A stretch of 64,000 bases of DNA from Oculina patagonica (taxonomy: Eukaryota): contig NC_135759.1 in the NCBI RefSeq assembly GCF_052425735.1, positions 31,682,001 to 31,746,000 of the forward strand. Direction: 5' to 3'. Of this stretch, positions 38,070 to 50,305 are shown one piece after another. Under the pieces are notes generated by a model that saw only the letters and a program-made list of their open reading frames with translations, was not told where the DNA came from and made no database searches. Positions within the stretch are counted from its first letter, which is position 1, and each line of letters opens with the position of its first letter. The position numbers and the translations under genes were made by a program.

Positions 38070-39871
38070 GAGAAGAATTTATTGAAGCCCAACTTGTGGA
38101 AGACTTGAACCAAAACCGGTAGGCAAGTACTCCATGCAAATTGCATATCATTCTTTATAGCTGCACGAAAAAACAGAAATGTAAAGTCAAACAATAACTA
38201 AGCGGTTAATATTGCCTCCATGTATGATGTTCTACAATTTTCACTGTTTTACGTTTTCTACGCCAGCATTTACTTTTGAAAGTTATGTATCGACTTGGAT
38301 ATGGAACCTAAAACTGTGGGTCTTTCCTTTGGCGAGATCACTTTCCTGACACGTCGTTTTCACTCGTTCGATTAGCACCAGTCGGAACTCAGAATCAGTG
38401 CAGGGCAACCAAATTATTGTACAACTCGTGAGGTCGTCAGTAAATATTTTTTAAATGCCCGTGCTAATTTCAAAAATAGTACTTTGTTGGGCAACCAGAG
38501 ACGAAGTATGGTTTCGTGTTTTTTTCCTTGTGTCTTTCTTCTTTACTGTACAATGTGCATGTTTAATAGCTTAACGCTGGTATATCAATTCTTCGCAGGC
38601 TTAGATCGTCTTAATAGCGGATAATTTGGAACTTTAACTTCCTTTTCAGTAAAAATCAGCGCAGCATCTCGGGTGAGCATAAAACAATAATTCAGTTACA
38701 ACGATTCATCTTTTCAAGACTGTCCTTTTAACCTGACGTAAATATTTCTTCTAGTAAATACTCAACCTTGAACTATTTCATTTCTAGCCACCTAATAAGA
38801 TTAACGACATCAGATTATGGGCTTTAATTTGTATGCGGTGTGACCATACTTGTTCAATGGGCGCGGCATGCAACAAACTGATCTGACTTTGTTTCGTGAG
38901 CTACTTTATGACTGAGAAAATTACTGCCCAGCGGAATTAATTTCCAGGGAATTACTTCAAAATTTGACTCCAAATGCAACTAAGAACACGACTTATTTAA
39001 TGTGGTATCTGTAAATTGCAACTCTAATTGTAACCACAATTTAACTCGATTTGATCTATCTCCAGAATGGTTTGCTATACATGGCTAATTTCCACTAATT
39101 TGTATACCACAGCTCATTTTTCCAACTTCCTCCCCTATCGTTGAACGTTTTTAATGATGCTGACTGAATTTTAAACCCCATAAAACAACATTGAGCACTG
39201 GGGAGAGGGGGATAAAGCATTCTCTTTATCCGCTTGTTAGTCAAGACATTCGCGAAAAAAAAAGTGATATCGTGTGTCTCAACTGGTTACGGTTCTGTAA
39301 ATAGTCCCGTTTGAAGCAAATTTTCAAAGCCTGTTGAAGAAATGAGCAAAGAAGAACTAACGATTTTTCACATCGGCTAGGAAAAAACGGCGAAAAAACT
39401 TCCGTAGCGGCAAGCCTAAAAACTGAAAACATCGTCGTCACCATTCCTCCTTTCAGCGCTAAGCGACGCATAAGGCCTCAAACCGAAAATGGCATAAATG
39501 TATTTATTGAAATTTATAACACTATGCGGCTTTTGGAGCTTTCGTATTTGATCTTCGTTTAATATTCTGGTCGCTGATGCTGAATAAAATCAACAAGAAA
39601 GAAAATTCTCGTGGAGTATTTACCAAAACAATCATTGCCTTCGCGCTTGTTGGAATCTGAAGATGATCATAACTAAAGTCGGCGCCTCTTTGGCTTTTCT
39701 TATCACCTCGTATGGCAACGCGCCCTCATGAAATAATTGTTACAAATTATCTATTCGTGACTAAAATTGGTAAGTTCACGTTTCGTTATCGTGATTTTGT
39801 TTTAGCTAACCAAAAGCTAACATTACAGATAACATTTCTCTAATCTAATCGACCTAATCATATCTTTGGAA

Positions 39872-40130
39872 GGAGGCATCGTGGCTGAGTGGTTAGGGCG
39901 CTGATGTTGCAATTCGGAGGTCCCAGATTCAAGGCATCCGCCCTGCCACTAACTGTGTTGGTTCTCGGCCGTCCCTTGTTCAAATCCTCGGTCACCCATT
40001 GTATATAGCCAACTAGTCTGCCTGCTGCTAGTTGGGATTTTTAACTATGTTATGGTTTACTTAAACTATTTGTTTCCTCTGTTTCAGTCGCATGCCTGTG
40101 AACTAGCTATCTCGAAGAGATATAATGCTA
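39872..40130 (+). mobile_element. tRNA-derived SINE
   Basis: Head GGAGGCATCGTGGCTGAGTGGTTAGGGCGC...CAGATTCAAG, then CCCTGCCACTA and a body resembling the 15940-16213 copy. Confidence 0.7.
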
Positions 40131-40469
40131 AGTGCATGACCCAGACTATAAACCAAATTTTTTACATTATTTTAACAACTTTAAGCATGTGTATCTGGTT
40201 TACTGATGACCTCACGAGTTGGTTTTATGTGCTACAAGGCAAGATATAAAAACTGCAAATCCAGTTAAAATGCATTAAAAAACTCATTAATAATTCATAG
40301 AGAAAATACAAAAGAAATAAATGTTTAATGAGTGTCTTTATATCTGATAAAGACACAGCTAAACTTTACGTCCAATTTTCCAGGCCAAAATAACCCCAAA
40401 TCTAAATATTAGTGCAGGAATGAGTTGATCTATATCAGAAGATTTTTAAGTCGTTCAATAAATTCGCAG

Positions 40470-41840
40470 TTCGTGTTTTATCAAGTCTAAAACACTCGGC
40501 TGCGCCTCGTGTTTTAAACTTGATAAAACACTGCTGCCCATGTATTTAACAAATAAAGAAGCCTCGACTGTGCTCTGTTCTGTTGTAAAGCACGCAGGAA
40601 GCGGCTAGAGCACGAAAGAAGTGTAGGGTGAAACGCGAGCCGAAGGCCAGTGTTTCTCCCTACTTCTTGAGTGCTCTAGTCGCTACCTAAGTGCTTTACA
40701 ACAGAACAGAGCACAGTCGAGGCTTCTTTATTTGTTTTATAATTAAGAAATTCAATAATTTCCCCACGAATTCGCGCAATTATTTTAAAACAAACTTTTT
40801 TCAAGCGAATAGAAGTGGCGTCAGCGTACATCTGTACTCTGATAAAGTACGCAACAATTAGCCAATCACAAAACTTGTTAGAATGGTTAAAAGAATTTGA
40901 TTGGTTGAATAAGACAACAGCTGTCAACAGCTGTCAAACCATCAAGTTTGAAACCATCAAAGTTCAGAAATCCACAAGCTGAAAACGTCAAGTGGAATCC
41001 GAATTTTAACACGAGTCCTTGAAGTTCTTAGGACTTTTCACAACACAGGATAGAAAAGTAGACTGTTCAGTGAAAACCGGCTGAATTCTGGCCCATGAAA
41101 ACTTGCATTTTGTTAACTTGACAACTAGAAAAACAAACTTGTGGCTGGTACTTCACAAAATGCGACCGTGCGGCGTGTTTCGCGAATCATTAATGATGAT
41201 GAAATTTACAACCATCGGATTCAAGGAAAAAATTAGAGTCGGCTGCTGTGATTGCTGTGGCCTTCCAGTCATTGCACTGTTAAGGATATAGGAACAGGAT
41301 TGTCTTCCTGAATTGCATTGGAGGTTTTTAATTTCTGGACGTCTGCTCCTGGAATGACAGGTAAACTTGTGTTCGATGTCTTTCCGTACTTAAATAACGC
41401 GAAACTCATATTCAAATCTCAGATAGCCCATTTTGTACTATCTTTCGTGTTTTTCGTTTCTGCTTTCGTTATAATGTCTTCAATTTCGGCCTTGAGTTGT
41501 TTACAAATCTTTGGTTGGTTGTTTGTTGTTGTTAAGCTTACTTTCCGGCTCGGTATTTTTTTCCGTAACTTTCCGTAATTTCACTTTCTATCGCCGTGCA
41601 ATTTGTGCTGTTAGGAACAGGACGTTTTGAATTAACTGACGCTAAAAGCTCGTTTTCATTCTCGTTTTTCAGGTCAAAGAAGATGTTAGGGTCAAGACAA
41701 AACCCGAAAGAGACATCGGAAATAGTGGTCGGCCATCTTGGGTCGATGGCGTGAAATTTCCTCCGTACATCTGGACTCTGATAAAGTACACTGTTTCAGC
41801 CAATCAGAGCGCGCGTTATATGAAAATTTAATTATAATAA
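40470..41840 (-). mobile_element. Crypton-like non-autonomous element with an approximately 190-bp palindrome and a decayed ORF
   Basis: Near-perfect palindrome at 40550-40735 (AAATAAAGAAGCCTCGACTGTGCTCTGTTCTGTTGTAAAGCAC / reverse complement). Minus-strand remnant AEIEDIITKAETKNTKDSTKWAI at about 41420-41490 resembles the N-terminus of Crypton/DUF3504-type proteins. Confidence 0.55.
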
Positions 41841-42671
41841 ACATTACAAAAAACTTTTCAAGTATTCGGTGCTTATGAAGTCTTGAGTCTTATTCATGTG
41901 CTGCACCTTCTACCCTTTAACGACTGTTTTTGCAAAATGCAATCGTAGTTGAAAGCGAATTCACTCACACGGTTGATTGGTTGTTTGGTTCGATTGGTCG
42001 TAAAACATTTATTTGTAATTCCGCTGACCACTGCATAAAGTTAAAAAATTCTGTGATGATGAGATGTTTATCAGCAATGTCAAAAGCGTGGATTGCAAGA
42101 GTGTTCTAATCTATGATTTCAAAAAAAGAGAGGTTAAATCAAAATGAAAAAGCATAGGGTAAAAGCTAATGCTATTTTTGAAGGAAAAAGAAACTGAAGT
42201 TTTCTCACGGTGACTAAATAAGGCTGACAGCTTTGCGGTATTACACTGTATACGTCGCATGTCATTTGCAATTGTGGCCACAAAATTAATATGTCGAAAT
42301 CAAATTTCATGTTTTTGTGACTTTCACAGATCTGGGAAACATCATGTTTTTTATGTTTTTCGTGAAATATCTAAAATAAAAATGATGATTCGCGAAATTT
42401 ATACGAAGCGAAAGACAGTGTTCACTCTTTGCGCAGCTTTTGCTATTTTTCTAACTTGATTTTTTTATTTTTGTCTTCATGGTACAATAATAATTGCTTT
42501 ACCGCATAGTTCAAAATGACATGAACATTTCAACCCGCTTTTAGGCACATTCCCACCATTGAGGAATTACAATACAAAAATTCACTTTTTCAAGCACTTT
42601 GTTTGCAAAATCTATTGGAAGGAAATGTGACATACGGCATGCGCGAGTTTATCTTTTTCTTTCCCACAGAA

Positions 42672-45600
42672 ATGGCCACTCAGTGGACGTATGCTCTTGT
42701 GACTTGTTTTCTTCTCTTCATTGTTATGGAAGTTCACAATCCTGTCCTGGCTAAAAAGGGACATGGGCGGTTTAAAAAGCTGGCCAACAGGGTGTCAAAA
42801 TTGGAAGAAGTCATGGAACAGATGAATAAGTGTAATGGCAAGTAGACTTTACTTAGTGAACATGCGTACAAACACATTAGATGTGGCTTTTTTTCCTTTC
42901 AAGATATTCGAGAAACATACCAGTTTTGAATTTTGTTCGGGAAGGGAAGTATGCAGATAAAAATGTGATCAGGAGGTGCAAATGAGTCCCTGTTTTAGTA
43001 TCCTAAAACTACTTATATTATAGATATATTTCTCATATCGCGTATATATAAAACATTATTGTGTAACCTATTAATTTAACTCTCGGAAGTACATGCAAAA
43101 GCAGGCCCACACAACTGTACAAGAGGAAAAAGGTTATAAGACACATTCAACGCATTATTAATGAATTTAGCTTCCTGTATAGCTGTCTCTACAACATAAC
43201 ATGCTTACGCAATACCCCTAAGGGATGAATGCACAGTTATCGATCGTTTTCTCATCCTATTAGGAGGAGGTGATATATTGGCCTAACCCTACTTTATGTA
43301 AAAGTGTAATTCAAAGTCTTTCTTGTAAAAATTTTAAAGCGCGTAAAGGTGTTAAAATTTCTTTTCAGCGTGCTCACTCGCGGCTTCACTTGAAGAGATT
43401 AAAGAAGAGATTGCAGAGTTAAAAGAGCCTCCAGCTTCATCTGTCCCACCAACTTCAACTTCTCCTCCTTCGCCTTCTCAGGCAGCTGAGGGTAACTATA
43501 ACATCATTGCAATACTAAGCTAAGGTTGTTGCATCACAAGCTTTCGAATTGATTGGCTCGATATAATCAGCTTTAGTTTAAGGCACCCCTAAGGCACACT
43601 TGACCATGTACTGTAAATGTGTTTCAAATTTGATCTGTCGCAATGAGCAATTCACAAAAGACGGCTACACCAGTAAAGGTGATTTTGTTGTTCAAAACAA
43701 AAACACAATGTAATATATAATTAGGGGTCATTTAATTGCAGATTCCTGAAGATAAACATAACAGCAAAACAAAAAGAGAGAGAGAAAGAAAAAAACTAAA
43801 AGAAGGGAAAAGGGAAATGCAAAGCCTTAGTTCGGGTAGAAAGCTAATAAGACTAGCTCTGAAAGCAAAATCAATTGTTACAGATATTAAAGTTTAGCGT
43901 AGTATTCAGTACAGCTTTTTAACTGATGTTTCGAAGTCACTTTTCAATTTCAGCAGCTGGCCAACGTTTTTAAAACCCAGCATAGTGAGATCATGTTTTT
44001 CTGAAGACGCTTATTTGCGATGTAATGTTATTGCGGTTTTCAAAGACATGCGTGCCGTGAAATTCAAACCTCAGCCGACAGTTTGCACTTTTTTAATGCC
44101 GTCAATCATCTTAGCAAATCTTAGCGGCAGAAGTTCACTTCAACTGGGTTAAAAGATCACATCTGTCAGTTGTGATTGGTTGATTTCCATTTTTTTTGTT
44201 TCTGTTTTTCAAGGTTCGTGGCTGTTGCCATTATTATGTTTCACGGCAGCGAAAAGCGCAATCGTTGGTTGGGTTTCGCATGTCTTTGAAAACTGCAATA
44301 AAACGCTCATTCATTTTTCCTAAAAATTATAAAACCGAGAAATACCTTCTTATGTCTAAAAAATGTACTTGTAGTTGGCGATCGAGTGTTAGGACGTTGG
44401 ACAAACAACAAGTATTATCCTGGTGTGGTTGAAGAGCGCCCGTCCGGTGAATTGATAAAAATCAAGTTCGATGATGGCGATGAGATCACCCACAACGTCG
44501 ATGACGTGTCAGCGGTTCTTCATGATAAAGCCCTGACAGAGGTCCATTCTGGACAGCACGTGATGGCCACGTGGAAAGGAGGCGCTAAGTACTACATTGG
44601 CTTTGTTACTGAGACTTCAGATTCACTGAATCCGGGAAACCGAGTGCGGTTCGATGACAACGATGAGGATGATTACAGTGCTGAGGATCTTCGAGATTTC
44701 CCGGATGCCGCCTCTGCATGGCAAGGTAAATTATAATCAGAGTTGATTAAACTTATGCTGATTGGCTTAAGATTACCACGGGTACCAGAGGATTTTCTTG
44801 CGCGCGACGGAATACCTCGCTTCGGTGGCCAAAGGCAGTCGTCAGGAGAGGCGAAGCCGCAAGAAAAAACCTCTGGGCCGGAGCGCTGTGATTTACCGTC
44901 CTCGTTTAAGTTTGGTCCTTTTTATCAAATTGCATTTAAGCCAATCACAGTAAACATCTCCATTTGTGATGACATGTACTGGCACAAGAAAACACGACAC
45001 CGTCGAACTTTTCCAGAACATTTCTGAGCCCTTTCGTCAGTGCTCTTTCGAAACGTTTTAGAATGGAAAGAACAAACTTCCACCTATGTCGGGACATCCT
45101 AAAATTGACGCGGTGTTCTATTCTTGGCAACCAAAGTCCAGTATCTGTTAAATTCAAAGTCCCGTAAGTGGTCATTCGAAGCCAATCAGCTCTCAGAATG
45201 GCGGCCAAGTCAAGGGAGGAGAACCTTAACTACAAGGTTGCTGGTATAAGGGATTTATCCAGACATTATTCTTTGGCATCCTTATCTTAACAGATAGTTT
45301 TCTTTTACCATATTAGTTATACTGGCGGAAAGTCTCTTAAACTTTTGATAATCATAACAATTAACGATCTATTAAGCTGTGTTACGTTTTGTAATGTAAA
45401 CAGTTGGAGCCCGCGTGTTTGCCCGTTGGAGCAATGGTCTTTACTACCGAGCCTTCGTAGTCAAGGCAACCGATTCTGGCGTATCCATCCTCTACGATGA
45501 CGGTGACACTATCGACCACAATAAGTCCGACGCGGCAGCAGTTATCCTGGACAAGCTCCCTCTAAGCAATGAACTGCAGGTTGGCCAGAGGGTTATTGGT

Positions 45601-45732
45601 TTTTGGCCGGGAAGAGTTAGGTACTATCCAGCAACTATCTCATCAATTAATGCTGGGAAGTATCACGTGAAATTCGATGACGGAGACGAACGGGACGAGC
45701 ACCTGTACGAGATCAGGATATTACCTGCTTAA
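42672..45732 (+). CDS. Secreted protein: signal peptide, coiled-coil/CxxC, Pro/Ser/Thr stalk, four Tudor-like domains; paralogue 3 (322 aa)
   Basis: Exons 42672-42837 (MATQWTYALVTCFLLFIVMEVHNPVLA-KKGHGRFKKLANRVSKLEEVMEQMNKCN, GC donor GCAAGT), 43369-43491 (ACSLAASLEEIKEEIAELKEPPASSVPPTSTSPPSPSQAAE), 44375-44725 and 45404-45732. All introns are phase 1 and the total is 969 nt. The Tudor exons are closely similar to paralogue 2. Confidence 0.85.
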
Positions 45733-47688
45733 AACTCTTACTGAAAACAGGTATGGGAATATTTCAGCAGCCAATCAAACGCACTTAAGTTTCGTGGCAC
45801 ATGAATTGAGGTCTTATTTTTGACGTGAAAAAGTAAATGACAATTTTCCCTTTGTGAAAGTGAACTCAGTCTAGAAAACACCAGTCCTTGTTTTAACTAG
45901 CCTGAGATCAAGATCGTGCCCTCCCTTGCTGCGATGTACATCTCATCTCTACAAAACAATCGCCTTATCTATGAAACGAGGCTGTTTGACCTAAATTGTG
46001 TTTAGGCCTGTCGTTACGTGAAAGATCGTGACCAGAACAAAAACTTGAAATGACCGTGTGATTCACCATGAACGTTGTTTTGACTCCCACCACTCACCTT
46101 TACAACAATCAATAGAGTTGGAAAGCAACAATGATTAATTACTAGCATTACCAAATATAATATAATATACAGGGTCGGCCAGGGGGCTAAGTGGTATACC
46201 AATATACCTGAAAACACGTACCCGGTATACCCAAAATTAATCCCCCCTCCAAATCGTACAAAATACCAAAATTTGGAAAAATACAGTAAAAAAGTAATTT
46301 GTGAATCTGAGCCTGCTGGATTCATTTTCCATTCCCCCTTATGAGGTCTGATTACACTGCCTGTCGAGTGCCTGATTACACTGTTATATATTATTTTTAA
46401 TCCGTTTATGTTTTGATAGGGAAAGGCAGACTCACCCCAGCTCAACCTTTGCAGGACTGGCAAAACTGGAAGAAAACCTGTGTAGTAATTTAATGGTAGT
46501 CGTTTTAGCGGTGATGGTTTATTAAAGCACATCAAATAAAGTAAACTCTTGGGTTATTTCTTGTGCATTCTCATTTGTATGATGCTCGTCCGTGTTTGAC
46601 AAACAGGCCAACAGATATCGTATTTATAATCTCGTGGACGTCATGTTAAATTGTCAGCTTAGCTTAATTCAGCGTACGTCTTAAACCAAGGGCGTTCATT
46701 CAAAAGCGATAAATACAGTTGCTAGTTCGCTCAAACAAAGCTACCAATTACTTAACTGCCCTTTTCCACTTTTTGGTGATCATCTTCGATTTATATGGTA
46801 GCCGATAGACACTTTGATCCTCTGAAAAATCGATTTTTTTGTGAAATTCAGACAGAGATTTGGCTTCGAAGACATGTGATTTAACTTTCACCCTTTTTAA
46901 CCAATAAAGAGTTCCAAGCGGTTTTCGAAGATTTCTCGGTTCCAGACCTTGGAACAACTGATTAAGTATATTAATGTTTCGGTTCCAGACCTCCTACTAG
47001 CAGACCGCATATTTAAAATTCAAAATGACTGCAACTAAACAAAAGGCACCCAAATCCAGGGGAGAGTAAAAATACTCCTTTACGCTTCATGCTTAGGTTA
47101 CCGGGATACGCTCCGGGCTGTTGACCACTAGGCTCGAACGCAGACTTAACCTACCATCGCATTTTTACATAACATTTGAACTCTTCGGAGAAACTTTTAA
47201 AACCCCTTTCGTTACGTTTTAGTCTTTCGCCTTTAGCGTTATCAAAATATAGATTCAAGCGGATAAAATTTAGAATTCCAAGCCAAATAAACTGCTGACG
47301 AACATTTTTTTATATTCTTTATAATTTATATAATATAATATATTAATATATTCTTTTATATTCTTTATAATTTATTTATTATAATGGGCCACAAAAAAAC
47401 AAAAAATAACAAAGGGAAAATCAAAAAAACAACTTTCAGCCTCACCTAATTTTTAGCGGGGAGATTTGCTTGAGGTGGTAGGAACTTGTCAAACCTCTCT
47501 CGACATATATAATAATCAAATCGTTTTTCTCCTAATAATCACAGGAGCTTTTCTTTTCACACGTTTTACGAAAGAAGGATTTCAGACTTTTCCACCCAGT
47601 GGTTTAAAAAAGAAACTTTTTTGGTGCAATTGAGGTATACATCCTGAAATGTCAAGCCGACCTTAAGTGAATTTTCAACCGTACTTCC

Positions 47689-47894
47689 CGCCTTACCGTG
47701 GCCACCCAACAAACTTTTTTACAAGTGTCATCTTGCAATATTTCACGTTTTCACTGTGTTTTGTTGATAAATACGATCTAACAAGTATCCACTTGATTGT
47801 ATTCAACTTTGCAAGGCGGCGTGTTCGTCAAACATATAGTGATATAACGATAAAACACTTGTAAAAAAGTTTGTTGGGTGGCCACGGTAAGGCG
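47689..47894. mobile_element. MITE with an approximately 40-bp TIR
   Basis: CGCCTTACCGTGGCCACCCAACAAACTTTTTTACAAGTGT and its reverse complement at about 47855-47894. Confidence 0.8.
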
Positions 47895-48239
47895 CGTCGC
47901 GCTGTAAGTAAGATAAATACGTCGTTTCTAAACTACCGAAAAAATAATTTTTTTTTAGTAGCTTCGGTTCTCGAATAATGAATCAGATAAGACCACAATA
48001 AGAAACACGCACAAAAAACTGTATCAAATAAAGTAATCGTCTGTAGTCTCCTTTTATTTAAAGTCACCTCCCTCTATAACAAACACCTTTGGGGACCACA
48101 ATTTGTTGTCCACATTGGAGAAAGTTCGCTATTGTGGGAGTTATTTTCAGTAAAACTTATTCGCCTGGACTTGACGTCCTGTCTGTATTAACGGGGTTTC
48201 CGCAAGGCGGGAATTGACCGTAGGCATATAATGACAGTC

Positions 48240-49012
48240 ATAGAGGATATCATACAGCGGCGCGAAGATATGAATTTTATTTTCGAGTGGTAAAGCAATA
48301 TTTAACAAATGAGCGCAGCGAATGAGCAAAATATTGCCTTTACCACGTGTACGAGAAAATAATAATCATATCTTCAAGCCACCGTGTAATTTTCTTTTTA
48401 TTATATTGACAAAAAACATGCATGAAGTAAAAGTTTAAACATTTTTATTCATCGAAAGATTTAACATGAGCGACGGTTTATATAACAATTGAGCAAATTG
48501 GAGATCTGAAAGGCAAAATTTCGCGAACTTTACCTTTCAAAAAATGTATAACGTAAACGTAAAACTGTTTATTAGCTTTCATCACTGTCACTGATAATAT
48601 AATTCGCCGTTTTGAAATCTGTTTCTGCTCAAACTCACCGCTTGTTTGATTTCTGATCGCGAAGTCTTGCAGTTCGGCAGCTGGAATTTCTTGATTTTCC
48701 CTCTCTTCGTCTCCGCAAGCTAGAATCTCTTATAATTTCAAGTCATTTGAAGTTTTCTTCTTCGTGTTAGCATATTTTCCTGCTCCTCAGTAAAACATTT
48801 TATTGTGGCTTCAGTGAGCTTCACGAATCGATAGCTCGCCATTTCCAACCGGCGTTTGGCAGCCTTGCACAAACAACCGTGCAAAGGGGAAATGACGTCA
48901 TCGATATCCTCAGTAGTGAGGATATGGGAAATACGCCACTACAGTCCCGGATGCAGTTTCGTATGAATTTTGTGTTCTATCTTCCAGCAAAACACTCGCG
49001 GCTATATAATAA
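48240..49012 (-). mobile_element. Crypton-like non-autonomous element
   Basis: Terminal imperfect palindrome centred on GAGCGCAGCGAATGAG (about 48265-48380). Minus-strand remnant ORF MASYRFVKLTEATIKCFTEEQEN/ANTKKKTSNDLK from about 48842 fits the Crypton N-terminal pattern RF..L.E..I.....NT.K.T. Confidence 0.55.
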
Positions 49013-50305
49013 ATGCAGGTATCTTCGTTTCGCAAGTAAGCTTTCTGAAAATCGATACAACTCTGTTGCGAACCATACTAAGAGAAAGGTAAAAAACTCA
49101 CCAGAAAGAATTCCTTTTGTCGTATTAAGTGTCCTTCTTTGGATATAAGTGCCTCTTAAAGCTGTAACCAGTTTTTCCAATTTCCCGCCAATTTAATTAT
49201 TTGGAACACCAATACATATGGCAGCCGTAACGACACGGGAAAAAGTTCTGTACTTTCAATTCAGAAGAAGAAACAGAAATTTTTGAACTTTTTTCTAATT
49301 TCTTTTTCATGCGTTTCACTATTATTATTGAGAACAGGGTGTTTACGGTTTACGTGGCAACAATGGATTATCATAACTGTATTCTGATGCATGATTTCAT
49401 AGTAGGGGTGCTAAAACTATTGGGGGATTAACAGACCTTTTAGCATGTAATTTTCCCTAGAGAACTGTTATTTTACCTATCTTAAAATTATTCATTTATT
49501 TTACGTGGATATTCTGAATATGTTTCTGAATATGTTTTGTTACTGAAGGAAATAGTTCTAAAGGGAAACATCACGAATCTATAAAAGAAATCTCTTAATA
49601 CCGAAAATATAAAAATACAAAATGGTTGATTTACAGTTTGGTATGGGAGGCAGCCGCTTCAATTTATTTACTCCCAAATTGATTCAATCTTTAGGGGCGC
49701 CCAACAGACCGTTTCGGTGAATTACTGTTCGAAAGACCTATAATCGCCTGCGCTTTTAGGATTAAAGTGTGATGAAAAACTGGAGATTTCTTTAGCTCAA
49801 ACTTTCGTGACATGGGCAAAGTAAAGCCTGTTGTTTTCGGAGAGAGAAAATGTCGTTTCGGGTACGAAAAAATGCCAGTTACGATTTTCGAGAAGGCAAC
49901 AGTGGCACGTAAATTCGGGTAATAATATTTCGTTCTCTAAAATTTCCTTAAATTTGAAAGTTTAAAAAGCGTATTCGAAAAGGTACGCTTTTCTTAGCGT
50001 TTAAAAATAAGGCTTATAAATCGCACAAGAAGGACACCTATAACTTATTAAAAACGGTGTTCCGACACCTACAGTAAAATTGTCTTGTTGGGTGCTCCTG
50101 AATCTTGTTTACAGCGAATATATGAAGCTAGTTAAAATCGCGGCTTCGTTTCGCCACTCGTGGCGACGGCTTCGGCTTCGGCCGCCGAAGTATCCACCGC
50201 GCGCGAAATACACCTCTGGTACCCAGGGTAGAAATCAGTTGAATGCCAATAAATCAGTTTTCTCTTTGCTGTTTTGCCTTTGTTGTAGTTTATTTTTTAA
50301 CAAAG

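Noticed and set aside
17660-40230. CTGA[TC]GA hammerhead-like cores (17661, 25881, 40203)
   Set aside because: No properly paired stems with a downstream GAAA could be built.
46014-46535. 173-aa minus-strand ORF, and antisense ORFs over exons and MITEs (e.g. 5520-5957, 20616-21050)
   Set aside because: No recognisable domain; they overlap UTR/intron, repeats or the antisense of real exons.
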